DNA of 64,000 nucleotides from contig OZ249440.1 in NCBI GenBank assembly GCA_965235115.1, forward strand, positions 33,916,001 through 33,980,000, read 5' to 3'. This DNA is from Laetmonice hystrix (taxonomy: Eukaryota). Below, in pieces: positions 26,000-39,561 of the stretch. Position 1 is the first letter of the stretch; each line of letters starts with the position of its first letter. The notes beneath the pieces are model-generated. The model saw only the letters and a list, made by a program, of their open reading frames with translations, was not told the origin of the DNA and did no database searches. A program made the translations under genes and the position numbers.

Positions 26000-28900
26000 C
26001 AAGACCAAGAGCAAGACCAAGAACAAGACCAAGAGCAAGACCAAGAGCAAGACCTAGAGCAAGACCAAGAGCAAGACCAACACCAAGACCAAGAAGAAGA
26101 CCAAGACCAAGACCAAGAAGAAGACCAAGAAGAAGACCAAGACCAAGAGCAAGACCAAGAGCAAGACCAAAAGCAAGACCAAGACCAAGACCAAGACCAA
26201 GAAGAAGTCAAGACCAAGACCAAGAAGAAGACCAAGAAGAAGACCAAGAAGAAGACCAAGAGCAAGACCAAGACCAAGAGCAAGACCAAGAGCAAGACGA
26301 AGAGCAAGACCAAGACCAGGAGCAAGACCAAAAGCAAGACCAAGAGCAAGAGCAAGACCAAGAGCAAGAGTAAGACCAAGACCAAGAGCAAGACCAAGAG
26401 CAAGGGCAAGACCAAGGGTAAGACCAAGAAGAAGACCAAGACCAAGAAGAAGACCATCAAGAAGAAGAGCAAGGCCAAGAGCAAGACGAAGAGCAAGACC
26501 AAGAGGAAGACCAAGAGCAAGAGCAAGAGCAAGAGCAAGACCAAGACCAAGAGCAAGACCAAGAGCAAGACCAAGAGCAAGACCAAAAGCAAGACCTAGA
26601 GCAAGACCAAGACCAAGACCAAGAAGAAGACCAAGAAGAAGACCAAGAAGAAGACCAAGAAGAAGACCAAGAAGAAGACTAACAAGAAGACCAAGACCAG
26701 GTGCAAGACCAAGAGCAAGACCAAGAGCAACATCAAGAGCAACATCAAGAGCAAGACCAAGAGCAAGACCAAGACGAAGACGATGACCAAGAGCAAGAGC
26801 AAGACCAAGACGAAGACCAAGACCAAGAACAAGCCCAAGACCAAGAAGAAGACCAAGAGCAAGACCAAGAGCAAGACCAAGACCAGGAGCAAGACCAAGA
26901 ACAAGACCAAGAGCAAGACCAAGAACAAGACCAAGAGCAAGAGCAAGACCAGGAGCAAGACCAAGAGCAAGACCAAGACCAAGACCAAGACCAAGACCAA
27001 GAGCAAGACCAAGAGCAAGACCAAGACCAAGACCAAGAAGAAGACCAAGACGAAGAAGAAGACCAAGAAGAAGACCAAGACCAGCAGCAAGACCAAGACC
27101 AAGGCCAAGTGGAAGACCAAGACCAAGACCAAGAGCAAGACCAAGACCAAGACCAAGACCAGGAGCAAGACCAAGAGCAAGACCAAGAGCAAGACCAAGA
27201 GCAAGACGAAGAGTAAGACCAAGAGCAAGACCAAAAGCAAGGCCAAGAGCAAGACCAAGAGCAAGACCAGGAGCAAGACCAAGAGCAAGAGCAAGAGCAA
27301 GAAGAAGACCAAGAAGAAATCCAAGACCAAGAAGAAGACCAAGAAGAAGACCAAGAAGAAGACCAAGAAGAAGACCAAGAAGAAGACCAAGAAGAAGACT
27401 AACAAGAAGACCAAGACCAGGTGCAAGACCAAGAGCAAGACCAAGAGCAACATCAAGAGCAACATCAAGAGCAAGACCAAGAGCAAGACCAAGACGAAGA
27501 CGATGACCAAGAGCAAGAGCAAGACCAAGACGAAGACCAAGACCAAGAACAAGCCCAAGACCAAGAAGAAGACCAAGAGCAAGACCAAGAGCAAGACCAA
27601 GACCAGGAGCAAGACCAAGAACAAGACCAAGAGCAAGACCAAGAACAAGACCAAGAGCAAGAGCAAGACCAGGAGCAAGACCAAGAGCAAGACCAAGACC
27701 AAGAGCAAGACCAAGACCAAGAGCAAGACCAAGAGCAAGACCAAGACCAAGACCAAGAAGAAGACCAAGACGAAGAAGAAGACCAAGAAGAAGACCAAGA
27801 CCAGGAGCAAGACCAAGACCAAGGCCAAGTGGAAGACCAAGACCAAGACCAAGAGCAAGACCAGGAGCAAGACCAAGAGCAAGACCAAGAGCAAGACCAA
27901 GAGCAAGACGAAGAGTAAGACCAAGAGCAAGACCAAAAGCAAGGCCAAGAGCAAGACCAAGAGCAAGACCAGGAGCAAGACCAAGAGCAAGAGCAAGAGC
28001 AAGAAGAAGACCAAGAAGAAGACCAAGACCAAGACCAAGAGCAAGAGCAAGAGCAAGACCAAGAGCAAGACCAAGAGCAAGACGAAGAGCAAGACGAAGA
28101 GCAAGACGAAGAGCAAGACGAAGAGCAAGACCAAGAGCAAACCAAGAGCAAGAGCAAGAGCAGGAGCAAGACCAAGAGCAAGACCAAGAGCAAGACCAAG
28201 AGCAAGAGCAACACCAAGAGCAACACCAAGAGCAACACCAAGAGCAGACCAAGAGCAGACCAAGAGCAAGACCAAGACCAAGAGCAAGACCAAGAGCAAA
28301 ACCAAGAGCAAGACCAAGAGCAAGACCAAGAGCAAGAGCAACACCAAGAGCAAGAGCAAGACCAAGAGCAAGACCAAGACCAAGACCAAGAGCAAGACCA
28401 AAAGCAAGACCAAGAGCAAGAGCAACACCAAGAGCAACACCAAGAGCAACACCAAGAGCAACACCAAGAGCAGACCAAGAGCAGACCAAGAGCAAGACCA
28501 AGACCAAGACCAAGAGCAAGACCAAGAGCAAGACCAAGAGCAAGACCAAGAAGAAGACCAAGACCAAGACCAAGAAGAAGACCAAGAAGTAGACCAAGAG
28601 GAAGACCAAGTGCAAGACCAAGACGAAGAGCAAGACCAGGAGCAAGACCATGAGCAAGACCAAGAGCAAGACCAAGAGCAAGACCAAGACCAAGAGTAAG
28701 ACCAAGAGCAAGACCAAGAGCAAGAGCAAGACCAAGAGCAAGACCAAGACCAAGAGCAAGGGCAAGACCAAGGGTAAGGCCAAGAAGAAGACCAAGAAGA
28801 AGACCAAGACCAAGAAGAAGACCATCAAGAAGAAGAGCAAGACCAAGAGCAAGACGAAGAGCAAGAGCAAGACCAAGAGCAAGACCAGGAGCAAGACCAA

Positions 28901-31900
28901 GACCAAGAGCAAGACCAAGAGCAAGACCAGGAGCAGACCAAGAGCAGACCAAAAGCAAGACCAAGGGAAGACCAAGAGCAAGACCAATAGCAAGAGCAAG
29001 AGCAAGAGCAAGAGCAACACCAAGAGCAACACCAAGAGCAACACCAAGACCAACACCAAGACCAACACCAAGAAGAAGACCAAGACCAACACCAAGAAGA
29101 AGACCAAGAAGAAGACCAAGAAGAAGACCAAGTGCAAGACCAAGACCAAGACCAAGACCAGGAGCAAGACCAAGACCAAGAGCAAGACCAGGAGCAAGAC
29201 GAAGAGCAAGACGAAGAGCAAGACGAAGAGCAAGACGAAGAGCAAGACCAAGACCAAGAGCAAGACCAAGAGCAAGACCAAGAGCATGACCAAGAGGCAA
29301 GAGCCAAGAGGCAAGAGCCAAGAGGCAAGAGCCAAGGGGCAAGAGCCAAGGGGCAAGAGCCAAGGGGCAAGAGCCAAGGGGCAAGAGCCAAGGGGCAAGA
29401 GCCAAGGGGCAAGAGCCAAGGGGCAAGAGCCAAGGGGCAAGACCAAGAAGAAGACCAAGAGCAAGACCAAGAGCAAGACCAAGACCAGGAGCAAGACCAA
29501 GAACAAGACCAAGAGCAAGACCAAGAACAAGACCAAGAGCAAGAGCAAGACCAGGAGCAAGACCAAGAGCAAGACCAAGAGCAAGACCAAGACCAAGACC
29601 AAGACCAAGAGCAAGACCAAGACCAAGAAGAAGACCAAGACGAAGAAGAAGACCAAGAAGAAGACCAAGACCAGGAGCAAGACCAAGAGCAAGGCCAAGT
29701 GGAAGACCAAGACCAAGACCAAGAGCAAGACCAAGACCAAGAGCAAGACCAGGAGCAAGACCAAGAGCAAGACCAAGAGCAAGACCAAGAGCAAGACGAA
29801 GAGTAAGACCAAGAGCAAGACCAAAAGCAAGACCAAGAGCAAGACCAAGAGCAAGAGCAAGAGCAAGAAGAAGACCAAGAAGAAGACCAAGAAGAAGACC
29901 AAGACCAGGACCAAGAGCAAGAGCAAGAGCAAGACCAAGAGCAAGACCAAGAGCAAGACGAAGAGCAAGACGAAGAGCAAGACGAAGAGCAAGACGAAGA
30001 GCAAGACCAAGAGCAAGACCAAGAGCAAGACCAAGAGCAAGACCAAGAGCAAGAGCAAGAGCAGGAGCAAGACCAAGAGCAAGAACAAGAGTAGGACCAA
30101 GAGGAAGACCAAGATCAAGACCAAGAGCAAGACCAAGAGCAAGACCAAGACCAAGACCAAGAGCAAGACCAAGAGCAAGAGCAACACCAAGAGCAACACC
30201 AAGAGCAGACCAAGAGCAGACCAAGAGCAAGACCAAGAGCAAGAGCAAGACCAAGACCAAGACCAAGACCAAGACCAAGACCAAGACCAAGACCAAGAGC
30301 AAGAGCAAGAGCAAGACCAAGAGCAGGACCAAGACCAAGACCAAGACCAAGAGCAAGACCAAAAGCAAGACCAAGAGCAAGAGCAAGACCAAGAGCAACA
30401 CCAAGAGCAACACCAAGAGCAACACCAAGAGCAGACCAAGAGCAAGACCAAGACCAAGACCTAGACCAAGAGCAAGACCAAGAGCAAGACCAAGAAGAAG
30501 ACCAAGACCAAGACCAAGAAGAAGACCAAGAAGTAGACCAAGAGGAAGACCAAGTGCAAGACCAAGACCAAGAGCAAGACCAGGAGCAAGACCAAGAGCA
30601 AGACCAAGAGCAAGACCAAGACCAAGAGTAAGACCAAGAGCAAGACCAAGAGCAAGAGCAAGACCAAAAGCAAGACCAAGAGCAAAACCAAGAGCAAGAC
30701 CAAGAGCAAGACCAAGAGCAAGACCAAGACCAGGAACAAGACCAAGAGCAAGAGCAAGAGCAAGACCAAGAGCAAGAGCAAGAGCAAGACCAAGAGCAGG
30801 ACCAAGACCAAGACCAAGACCAAGAGCAAGACCAAAAGCAAGACCAAGAGCAAGAGCAAGACCAAGAGCAAGACCAAGAGCAACACCAAGAGCAACACCA
30901 AGAGCAACACCAAGAGCAGACCAAGAGCAAGACCAAGACCAAGACCAAGACCAAGAGCAAGACCAAGAAGAAGACCAAGACCAAGACCAAGAAGAAGACC
31001 AAGAAGTAGACCAAGAGGAAGACCAAGTGCAAGACCAAGACCAAGAGCAAGACCAGGAGCAAGACCAAGAGCAAGACCAAGAGCAAGACCAAGACCAAGA
31101 GTAAGACCAAGAGCAAGACCAAGAGCAAGAGCAAGACCAAAAGCAAGACCAAGAGCAAAACCAAGAGCAAGACCAAGAGCAAGACCAAGAGCAAGACCAA
31201 GACCAGGAACAAGACCAAGAGCAAGACCAAGAGCAAGACCAAGAGCAAGACCAAGAGCAAGACCAAGAGCAAGACCAAGACCGAGAGCAAGGGCAAGACC
31301 AAGGGTAAGGCTAAGAAGAAGACCAAGAAGAAGACCAAGACCAAGAAGAAGACCATCAAGAAGAAGAGCAAGACCAAGAGCAAGACGAAGAGCAAGACGA
31401 AGAGCAAGAGCAAGACCAAGAGCAAGACCAAGAGCAAGACCAAGAGCAAGACCAAGAGCAAGACCAAGACCAAGAGCAAGACCAAGACCAAGAGCAAGAC
31501 CAAGAGCAAGACCAAGAGCAAGACCAAGAGCAGACCAAAAGCAAGACCAAGGGCAAGACCAAGAGCAAGAGCAAGAGCAAGAGCAAGAGCAAGAGCAACA
31601 CCAAGAGCAACACCAAGAGCAACACCAAGAGCAACACCAAGAGCAACACCAAGAGCAACACCAAGAGCAACACCAAGACCAAAACCAAGACCAACACCAA
31701 GACCAACACCAAGAAGAAGACCAAGACCAAGACCAAGAAGAAGACCAAGAAGAAGACTAAGTGCAAGACCAAGACCAAGACCAAGACCAGGAGCAAGACC
31801 AAGAGCAAGACGAAGAGCAACACGAAGAGCAAGACCAAGACCAAGAGCAAGACCAAGACCAAGAGCAAGACCAAGAGCAAGACCAAGAGCAAGACCAGGA

Positions 31901-33353
31901 GCAAGACCAAGAGCATGACCAAGAGCATGACCAAGAGCAAGACCAAGAGCAAGACCAAGAGCAAGACCAAGAGCAAGAGCAAGACCAAGAGCAAGACCAA
32001 GAGCAAAACCAAGAGCAAGACCAAGAGCAAGACCAAGACCAGGAACAAGACCAAGAGCAAGACCAAGACCAAGAGTAAGACCAAGAGCAAGACCAAGAGC
32101 AAGACCAAGACCAAGAGCAAGACCAAGAGCAAGACCAAGAGCAAAACCAAGAGCAAGACCAAGAGCAAGACCAAGACCAGGAACAAGACCAAGAGCAAGA
32201 CCAAGAGCAAGATCAAGAGCAAGACCAAGACCAAGACCAAGACCAAGAGCAAGACCAAGACCAAGGGTAAGGCCAAGAAGAAGACCAAGAAGAAGACCAA
32301 GAAGAAGACCATCAAGAAGAAGAGCAAGACCAAGAGCAAGACCAAGAGCAAGACGAAGAGCAAGAGCAAGACCAAGACCAAGTACAAGAGCAAGACCAAG
32401 AGCAAGACCAAGAGCAAGACCAAGAGCAAGACCAAGAGCAGACCAAGAGCAGACCAAAAGCAAGAGCAAGACCAAGAGCAAGACCAAGAGCAAGAGCAAG
32501 ACCAAGAGCAACACCTAGAGCAACACCAAGAGAAACACCAAGAGCAACACCAAGAGCAACACCAAGAGCAACACCAAGAGCAACACCAAGAGCAACACCA
32601 AGACGAAGACCAAGACGAAGACCAAGACCAAGACCAAGAAGAAGACCAAGACCAAGACCAAGACCAAGAAGAAGACCAAGAAGAAGACCAAGAAGAAGAC
32701 CAAGTGCAAGACCAAGACCAAGAGCAAGACCAGGAGCAAGACGAAGAGCAAGACGAAGAGCAAGACGAAGAGCAAGACGAAGAGCAAGACCAAGACCAAG
32801 ACCAAGAGCAAGACCAAGAGCAAGACCAAGAGCATGACCAAGAGGCAAGAGCCAAGAGGCAAGAGCCAAGGGGCAAGAGCCAAGGGGCAAGAGCCAAGGG
32901 GCAAGAGCCAAGGGGCAAGAGCCAAGGGGCAAGAGCCAAGGGGCAAGAGCCAAGGGGCAAGAGCCAAGGGGCAAGAGCCAAGGGGCAAGAGCCAAGGGGC
33001 AAGAGCCAAGGGGCAAGAGCCAAGGGGCAAGAGCCAAGGGGCAAGAGCCAAGGGGCAAGAGCCAAGGGGCAAGAGCCAAGGGGCAAGAGCCAAGGGGCAA
33101 GAGCCAAGGGGCAAGAGCCAAGGGGCAAGAGCCAAGGGGCAAGAGCCAAGGGGCAAGAGCCAAGGGGCAAGAGCCAAGAGGCAAGAGCCAAGAGGCAAGA
33201 GCCAAGAGGCAAGAACAAGACCAGGAGCAAGAACAAGACCAAGAACAAGACCAAGAACAAGACCAAGACCAAGAACAAGACCAAGAACAAGACCAAGAAC
33301 AAGACCAAGAACAAGACCAAGAACAAGACCAAGAACAAGACCAATAGCAAGAG
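26000..33353 (+). repeat. Divergent hexamer domain with CAAGGGG-CAAGAGC heptamer islands
   Basis: Islands at ~29290-29440 and ~32838-33210; internal 720-bp duplication (26701/27421). Confidence 0.9.
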
Positions 33354-33530
33354 TGTCACAAACTTTGTTTACTACCCTGTGTCACTTGGTCGGTTTGTGA
33401 CTGGTGGGTTATGTAACGCTTCAAGTGCTTCAAGTACGTGGGGACTCTATGGTGTGGGGAGTGCAAAGTTCATTGAGTGGGCCCAGCCTGCACTGGGGGG
33501 AATTTTTGGTACAGAAGGTGGAGAGACAGA

Positions 33531-33561
<31 letters not shown>

Positions 33562-34229
33562 CTGGACGGTGTGAGATTGGGGAGAGCGCGTTCCTGAGTG
33601 TGGTTGACCAGTAGTGTGGCTATGGTGCGGTGTTGCCGGTATGGACAGTCGTTTGGGCTGCGTGGACGGAAAGGCTCGGGGTTTGTAAAGAGGATTTCAC
33701 TGGGCCGTGTGGATGTGGTATGTCCTGGAGCCGGGGTCTGCGTGGCTATCTGTGAAGGAATAGCGAGGAATTTGACCAGCGACTGGGTGGTGTGGACGCA
33801 CACCTGAACTGTTGGTACATGTACCGTGCCAAGCCGGTTAGTAAATCATTGGGGTGTCAGTCATGGTCCATTGGGGACTTGGCGCGTTTCAGACGCGGAC
33901 AGTCGTAATATGGAAACTTGGGTGACTCTTTTGATTTGTGAGGTCCTGTGTGCTCATATATTCTACCACCGTGTTACTATCAGTGTATGTACCAACGTGT
34001 ATGTCTCATGTTGTCTAGTAATGTTGAAACCGTGACCATTTGTATTAGTCTAGTTTTGTTGGATATATATATATATTGAGTTAATTGTGGCATTATTCGT
34101 GTGTATAGTCTATGTTACCTACCTTGTAACTGTCTATGTCACTTATGTTGCAACTGTTTGTGTCGTAGACGCTATCTGTTCATGTATTGGTCGTGTCACC
34201 AGAGTCCACCAATAAGTTGCCCCCTTTAA
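33354..34229 (+). mobile_element. LTR-like sequence, 3'-truncated copy
   Basis: Near-identical to 37148-38057. Starts TGTCACAAACT and lacks the ~33-bp TATA-containing segment. Confidence 0.65.
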
Positions 34230-34699
34230 CCCATTAAGGACGGGTGATGCCTTGAGGCATTCCCAGGCGGGGGCCGGATGATGCCCTGAGGCATTCCCGG
34301 GCGGGGGCCGGATGATGCCTTGAGGCATCATTTGACTTACGTCAGAGCCCATTGTGTATAGAGCGACAGGGCAGCGCTGTGACGTAACGTCACAATTGAG
34401 TGCTAGCTGCGCTGGACCTAGACCAACTCTAGACTCAATTCCCTACTTTTGTCTAAAACATGGATCATTTTTCTGGATATGACAGTGATTGGAAGCATGG
34501 AAGGCAATCCGTTATCACATGTGGCCGCCCAGAATGGCCCGTCCTTACGGCACATTCACGCAATTACGTCGTATGTACACGTATGTATTCAACAAGCATT
34601 TGAGGTAGTTTTTATCACCCCATGACCAGCAAAGAGAGTATCATACAGAAAAAATATTTGTACACATATGTTACCAGAAGGCATTAAAGGGTTAATGGG
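34230..34699. mobile_element. piggyBac-like MITE, copy 1 (composite right end)
   Basis: TTAA|CCCATTAAGGACGGG at left; ...AAAGGG TTAA TGGG|TTAA at right, after which the satellite resumes. Confidence 0.6.
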
Positions 34700-37147
34700 T
34701 TAAACATGATGTGGCTGAAAAAACTGGTGAATGAGTATAACAATAAGGCACACAAACCAAGGATGTCAACATTCTCAGGTTTAAACACGAAATCGCTGAC
34801 AAAAACTGGTACATCAGATAAAAAGACACAGTTCAAGGATGGCGACAAGCTCAGTTTTAAACCCAAAATTGCTGACAAAAACTGGTACATCAGTAACAAT
34901 AAAGACACAAGCCAAGGCTGTCGAAATGACTGGGGTTTAAACATGATATGGCTGAAAAAACTGGTGAATGAGTATAACAATAAGGGACACAAAGCAAGGG
35001 TGCCAACATGCTCAGGTTTAAACATGAAATCACGGACAAAACTGGTACATGAAAATAATAACCAAGGATGTCAACATGCTCAGTTTAAACACGAAATCGC
35101 TGACAAAAACTGGTACATCAGTATAACAAAAAGACACAAACCAAGGCTGTCGGAATGACTTGGGTTTAACCATGATATGGCTGAAAAAACTGGTGAATGA
35201 GTATAACAATAAGGGACACAAACCAAGGGTGCCAACATGCTCAGGTTTAAACATGAAATCACGGACAAAACTGGTACATGAAAATAATAACCAAGGATGT
35301 CAACATGCTCAGTTTAAACACGAAATCGCTGACAAAAACTGGTACATCAGTATAACAAAAAGACACAAACCAAGGCTGTCGGAATGACTTGGGTTTAACC
35401 ATGATATGGCTGAAAAAAACTGGTGAATGAGTATAACAATAAGGGACACAAACCAAGGGTGCCAACATGCTCAGGTTTAAACATGAATTGACGGACAAAC
35501 TGGTACATCAATACTATAACCAAGGATGTCAACATGCTCAGGTTTAAACACGAAATCGCTGACAAAAACTGGACAGTACATCAGTATAAGAATAAAGACA
35601 CAAACCAAGGGTGCCAACATGCTCAGGTTTAAACATGAAATCACGGACAAAACTGGTACATCAATACAATAACCAAGGATGTCAACATGCTCAGGTTTAA
35701 ACACGAAATCCCAGACAAAACTGGTACATCAATGCAATAACCAAGGATGTCAACATGCTCAGGTTTAAACACGAAATCGCTGACAAAAACGGGTACATCA
35801 GTATAAGAATAAAAACACAAATCAAGCCTGTCGAAATGACTGTTCAAGGATGGCGACAAGCTCAGTTTTAAACCCAAAATTGCTGACAAAAACTGGTACA
35901 TCAGTAACAATAAAGACACAAGCCAAGTCTGTCGAAATGACTTGGGTTTAAACATGATATGGCTGAGAAAACTGGTGAATGAGTATAACAATAAGGGACA
36001 CAAACCAAGCGTGCCAACATGCTCAGGTTTAAACATGAAATCACGGACAAAACTGGTACATTAAAACAATAACCAAGGATGTCAACATGCTCAGTTTAAA
36101 CACGAAATCGCTGACAAAAACGGGTACATGAGTATAACAGTAAAGACACAAACCAAGGCTGTCGAAGTGACTTGGGTTTAAACATGATATGGCTGAAAAA
36201 ACTGGTGAATGAGTATAACAATAAGGCACACAAACCAAGGGTGCCAACATGCTCAGGTTTAAACATGAAATCACGGACAAAACTGGTACATGAATATAAT
36301 AACCAAGGATGTCAACATGCTCAGGTTAAACACGAAATCGCTGACAAAAACTGGTACATCAGTATAACAATAAAGACACAAACCAAGGCTGTCGAAGTGA
36401 CTTGGGTTTAAAAATGATACGGCTGAAAAAACTGGTGAACACAAAGAAAGAGCAAGGATGTCCACATAAAAACGGCATCACTAAACTGGTGAGGATGGGA
36501 TGGCTATTGGGAGGAGGCGGCCATAATAACAAAACTGATCGTGACATTTATATAGGTATAGGTACAGCCAGTTGCTACAGAATGAATATCAAAACGACCT
36601 CGCCATCAAAACAATATCAAAACTAAACTGGCGAAGTTTGAGAACCCTATGCGTGCATTTTCGAGTTGGTGTACACATTGTGAATGGATCAGATGGCTAT
36701 GTGGAAAGGAGGCCATAGAAGCTGACTTCTGGGTGACTTTTGAGGAGAAAAGGTGTCTGAATTTTAGAAGACATTCAGGTTAAAATAATAAAGGGACGGG
36801 TGCATCAGCCAAATCACACACGGAGAAGGCAGGTTGTTGGTTGGCCTTCACGCACTGCAGTGAGGCTGGGGCTCCAGATTAGGACTTTAATTGAAAACGA
36901 TGTGAATGTGATCAAGAGGCAAGAGGCAAGAGCCAAGAGGCAAGAGCCAAGAGCCAAGAGGCACGAGCCAAGGGCCACGAGGCAAGGGCCAAGAGGCAAG
37001 AGGCAAGAGCCAAGAGGCAAGAGCTAAGAGGCAAGAGCCAAGAGGCAAGAACAAGACCAGGAGCAAGAACAAGACCAAGAACAAGACCAAGAACAAGACC
37101 AAGAACAAGACCAAGAACAAGACCAATAGCAAGACCAAGAGCAAGAG

Positions 37148-37358
37148 TGTCACAAACTTTGTTTACTACCCTGTGTCACTTGGTCGGTTTGTGACTGGTG
37201 GGTTATGTAACGCTTCAAGTGCTTCAAGTACGTGGGGACTCTATGGTGTGGGGAGTGCAAAGTTCATTGAGTGGGCCCAGCCTGCACTGGGGGGAATATA
37301 AATACTGGTTTGGTCACGGTGATCAGGGGCTTTTTGGTACAGAAGGTGGAGAGACACA

Positions 37359-37389
<31 letters not shown>

Positions 37390-38534
37390 CTGGACGGTGT
37401 GAGATTGGGGAGAGCGCGTTCCTGAGTGTGGTTGACCAGTAGTGTGGCTATGGTGCGGTGTTGCCGGTATGGACAGTCGTTTGGGCTGCGTGGACGGAAA
37501 GGCTCGGGGTTTGTAAAGAGGATTTCACTGGGCCGTGTGGATGTGGTATGTCCTGGAGCCGGGGTCTGCGTGGCTATCTGTGAAGGAATAGCGAGGAATT
37601 TGACCAGCGACTGGGTGGTGTGGACGCACACCTGAACTGTTGGTACATGTACCGTGCCAAGCCGGTTAGTAAATCATTGGGGTGTCAGTCATGGTCCATT
37701 GGGGACTTGGCGCGTTTCAGACGCGGACAGTCGTAATATGGAAACTTGGGTGACTCTTTTGATTTGTGAGGTCCTGTGTGCTCATATATTCTACCACCGT
37801 GTTACTATCAGTGTATGTACCAACGTGTATGTCTCATGTTGTCTAGTAATGTTGAAACCGTGACCATTTGTATTAGTCTAGTTTTGTTGGATATATATAT
37901 ATATTGAGTTAATTGTGGCATTATTCGTGTGTATAGTCTATGTTACCTACCTTGTAACTGTCTATGTCACTTATGTTGCAACTGTTTGTGTCGTAGACGC
38001 TATCTGTTCATGTATTGGTCGTGTCACCAGAGTCCACCAATAAGTTGCCCCCTTTAACCCATTAAGGACGGGTGATGCCTTGAGGCATTCCCAGGCGGGG
38101 GCCGGATGATGCTCTAGGCATTCCCGGGCGGGGGCCGGATGATGCCTTGAGGCATCATTTGACTTACGTCAGAGCCCATTGTGTATAGAGCGACAGGGCA
38201 GCGCTGTGACGTAACGTCACAATTGAGTGCTAGCTGCGCTGGACCTAGACCAACTCTAGACTCAATTCCCTACTTTTGTCTAAAACATGGATCATTTTTC
38301 TGGATATGACAGTGATTGGAACCATAGAAGGCAATCCGTTATCACATGTGGCCGCCCAGAATGGCCCGTCCTTACGGCACATTCACGCAATTACGTCTCG
38401 GCCACAAGGGGCCCGTCTCGAAAGGGTTAAATAAACCTGTAAATTTGTGTCATAAATTGTTCGTCTGTATCTTCCGGCGCCCGAGACAGCAGCAGCCCCA
38501 CATTCGACAAGCTACATATATTGAGTTTGTCACA
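37148..38534 (+). mobile_element. Solo LTR-like element (~1.0 kb plus inserted MITE)
   Basis: TG...CA ends with near-perfect inverted termini TGTCACAAACT / AGTTTGTCACA. TATAAATA at 37297-37304 and AATAAA at ~38430. No matching TSD. Confidence 0.7.
38058..38426. mobile_element. piggyBac-like MITE, copy 2 (369 bp)
   Basis: TTAA at 38054-38057 and 38427-38430. CCC...GGG ends with imperfect TIRs CCCATTAAGGACGGG vs CCCTTTCGAGACGGG (11/15). Subterminal ATGCCTTGAGGCAT palindromes. Confidence 0.75.
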
Positions 38535-38648
38535 ACTGCACCCAGTATTCCCAGGCGGTCACCTATCCAAGTACTAACTGGGCTCAACACTGATTTACTT
38601 CGGTGATTAGACGAGAACCGGTGCTTTCAATGTGATATGGCCGTAGAC
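38535..38648 (-). pseudogene. 5S rRNA copy, 3'-truncated by the LTR junction
   Basis: 5S sequence lacking its last ~5 nt and T-run terminator, with additional substitutions. Confidence 0.8.
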
Positions 38649-38874
38649 ACAAGAAACCTTCCAGGGCCAACATTTAAGGATATGGGAATTGCTTATGCCA
38701 GGTTTCTTGTGGATAATGTATGTAAGATTTCAATGAACCTGACTTTGTAGCTCTGTTCTTGACGTGGAAAGATGAAAGGAGAGAGACAATAGTAAAGATT
38801 GACCCAACTGCAAGCCTCCTGAAGTGTTCCTGCTTAGTTCCCCCCCCCCCCAAAAAAAAAAAAAGAAGGAAAAA

Positions 38875-38993
38875 TGTCTACTGCACCCAGTATTCCCAGG
38901 CGGTCACCCATCCAAGTACTAACTGGGCTCAACACTGATTAACTTCGGTGATCAGACGAGAACCGGAGCTTTCAATGTGATATTGCCGTAGAC
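38875..38993 (-). rRNA. 5S rRNA
   Basis: Minus strand GTCTACGGCAATATCAC...TTAGTACTTGGATGGGTGACCGCCTGGGAATACTGGGTGCAGTAGACA followed by TTTTT (Pol III terminator). Confidence 0.9.
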
Positions 38994-39220
38994 ACAAGAA
39001 ACCTTCCAGGGCCAACATATAAGGATATGGGAATAGATTAGGCCAGGTTTCTTGTGGATAATGAATGTAAGATATCAATGGACCTGACTTTGTAGCTCTG
39101 TTCCTGACGTGGAAAGATGAAAGGAGAGAGACAATAGTAAAGATTGACCCAACTGCAAGCCTCCTGAAGTGTTCCTGCTTAGTCCCCCCCCCCCCCCCCA
39201 AAAAAAAAAAGAAGGAAAAA

Positions 39221-39339
39221 TGTCTACTGCACCCAGTATTCCCAGGCGGTCACCCTTCCAAGTACTAACTGGGCTCAACACTGATTAACTTCGGTGATCA
39301 GACGAGAACCGGTGCTTTCAATGTGATATGGCCGTAGAC
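39221..39339 (-). rRNA. 5S rRNA
   Basis: Full 119-nt 5S plus T-run; 346 bp from the previous copy; one change in box C (GGAAGGG). Confidence 0.9.
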
Positions 39340-39561
39340 ACAAGAAACCTTCTAGGGCCAACATTTAAGGATATGGGTATTGCTTATGCCAGGTTTCTTG
39401 TAGATAATGAATGTAACATTTCAATGGACCTGGCTTTGTAGCTCTGTTCCTGACGTGGAAAGATGAAAGGAGAGAGACAATAGTAAAGATTGACCCAACT
39501 GCAAGCCTCCTGAAGTGTTCCTGCTTAGTCCCCCCCCCCCCCCAAAAAAAAGAAGGAAAAA

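Larger units (their letters stand above)
1..37147. repeat. Compound higher-order satellite array (hexamer + heptamer + ~78-bp satellite + ~480-bp module), open at the left window edge
   Basis: The same domain order recurs. The module end GATGTGAATGT(G/A) lies at ~3800, 12770, 20080, 22360, 24775 and 36900. Repeat-derived ORFs recur at 70/9016/16509 and 2188/11155/18476. Confidence 0.95.

Noticed and set aside
70..33400. Very long ORFs (poly RP/RA, KT/KS, DQ/EQ, LV/LG, SW/SC)
   Set aside because: They arise in all frames from stop-poor 6/7-bp repeats, switch frame arbitrarily and show no gene structure.
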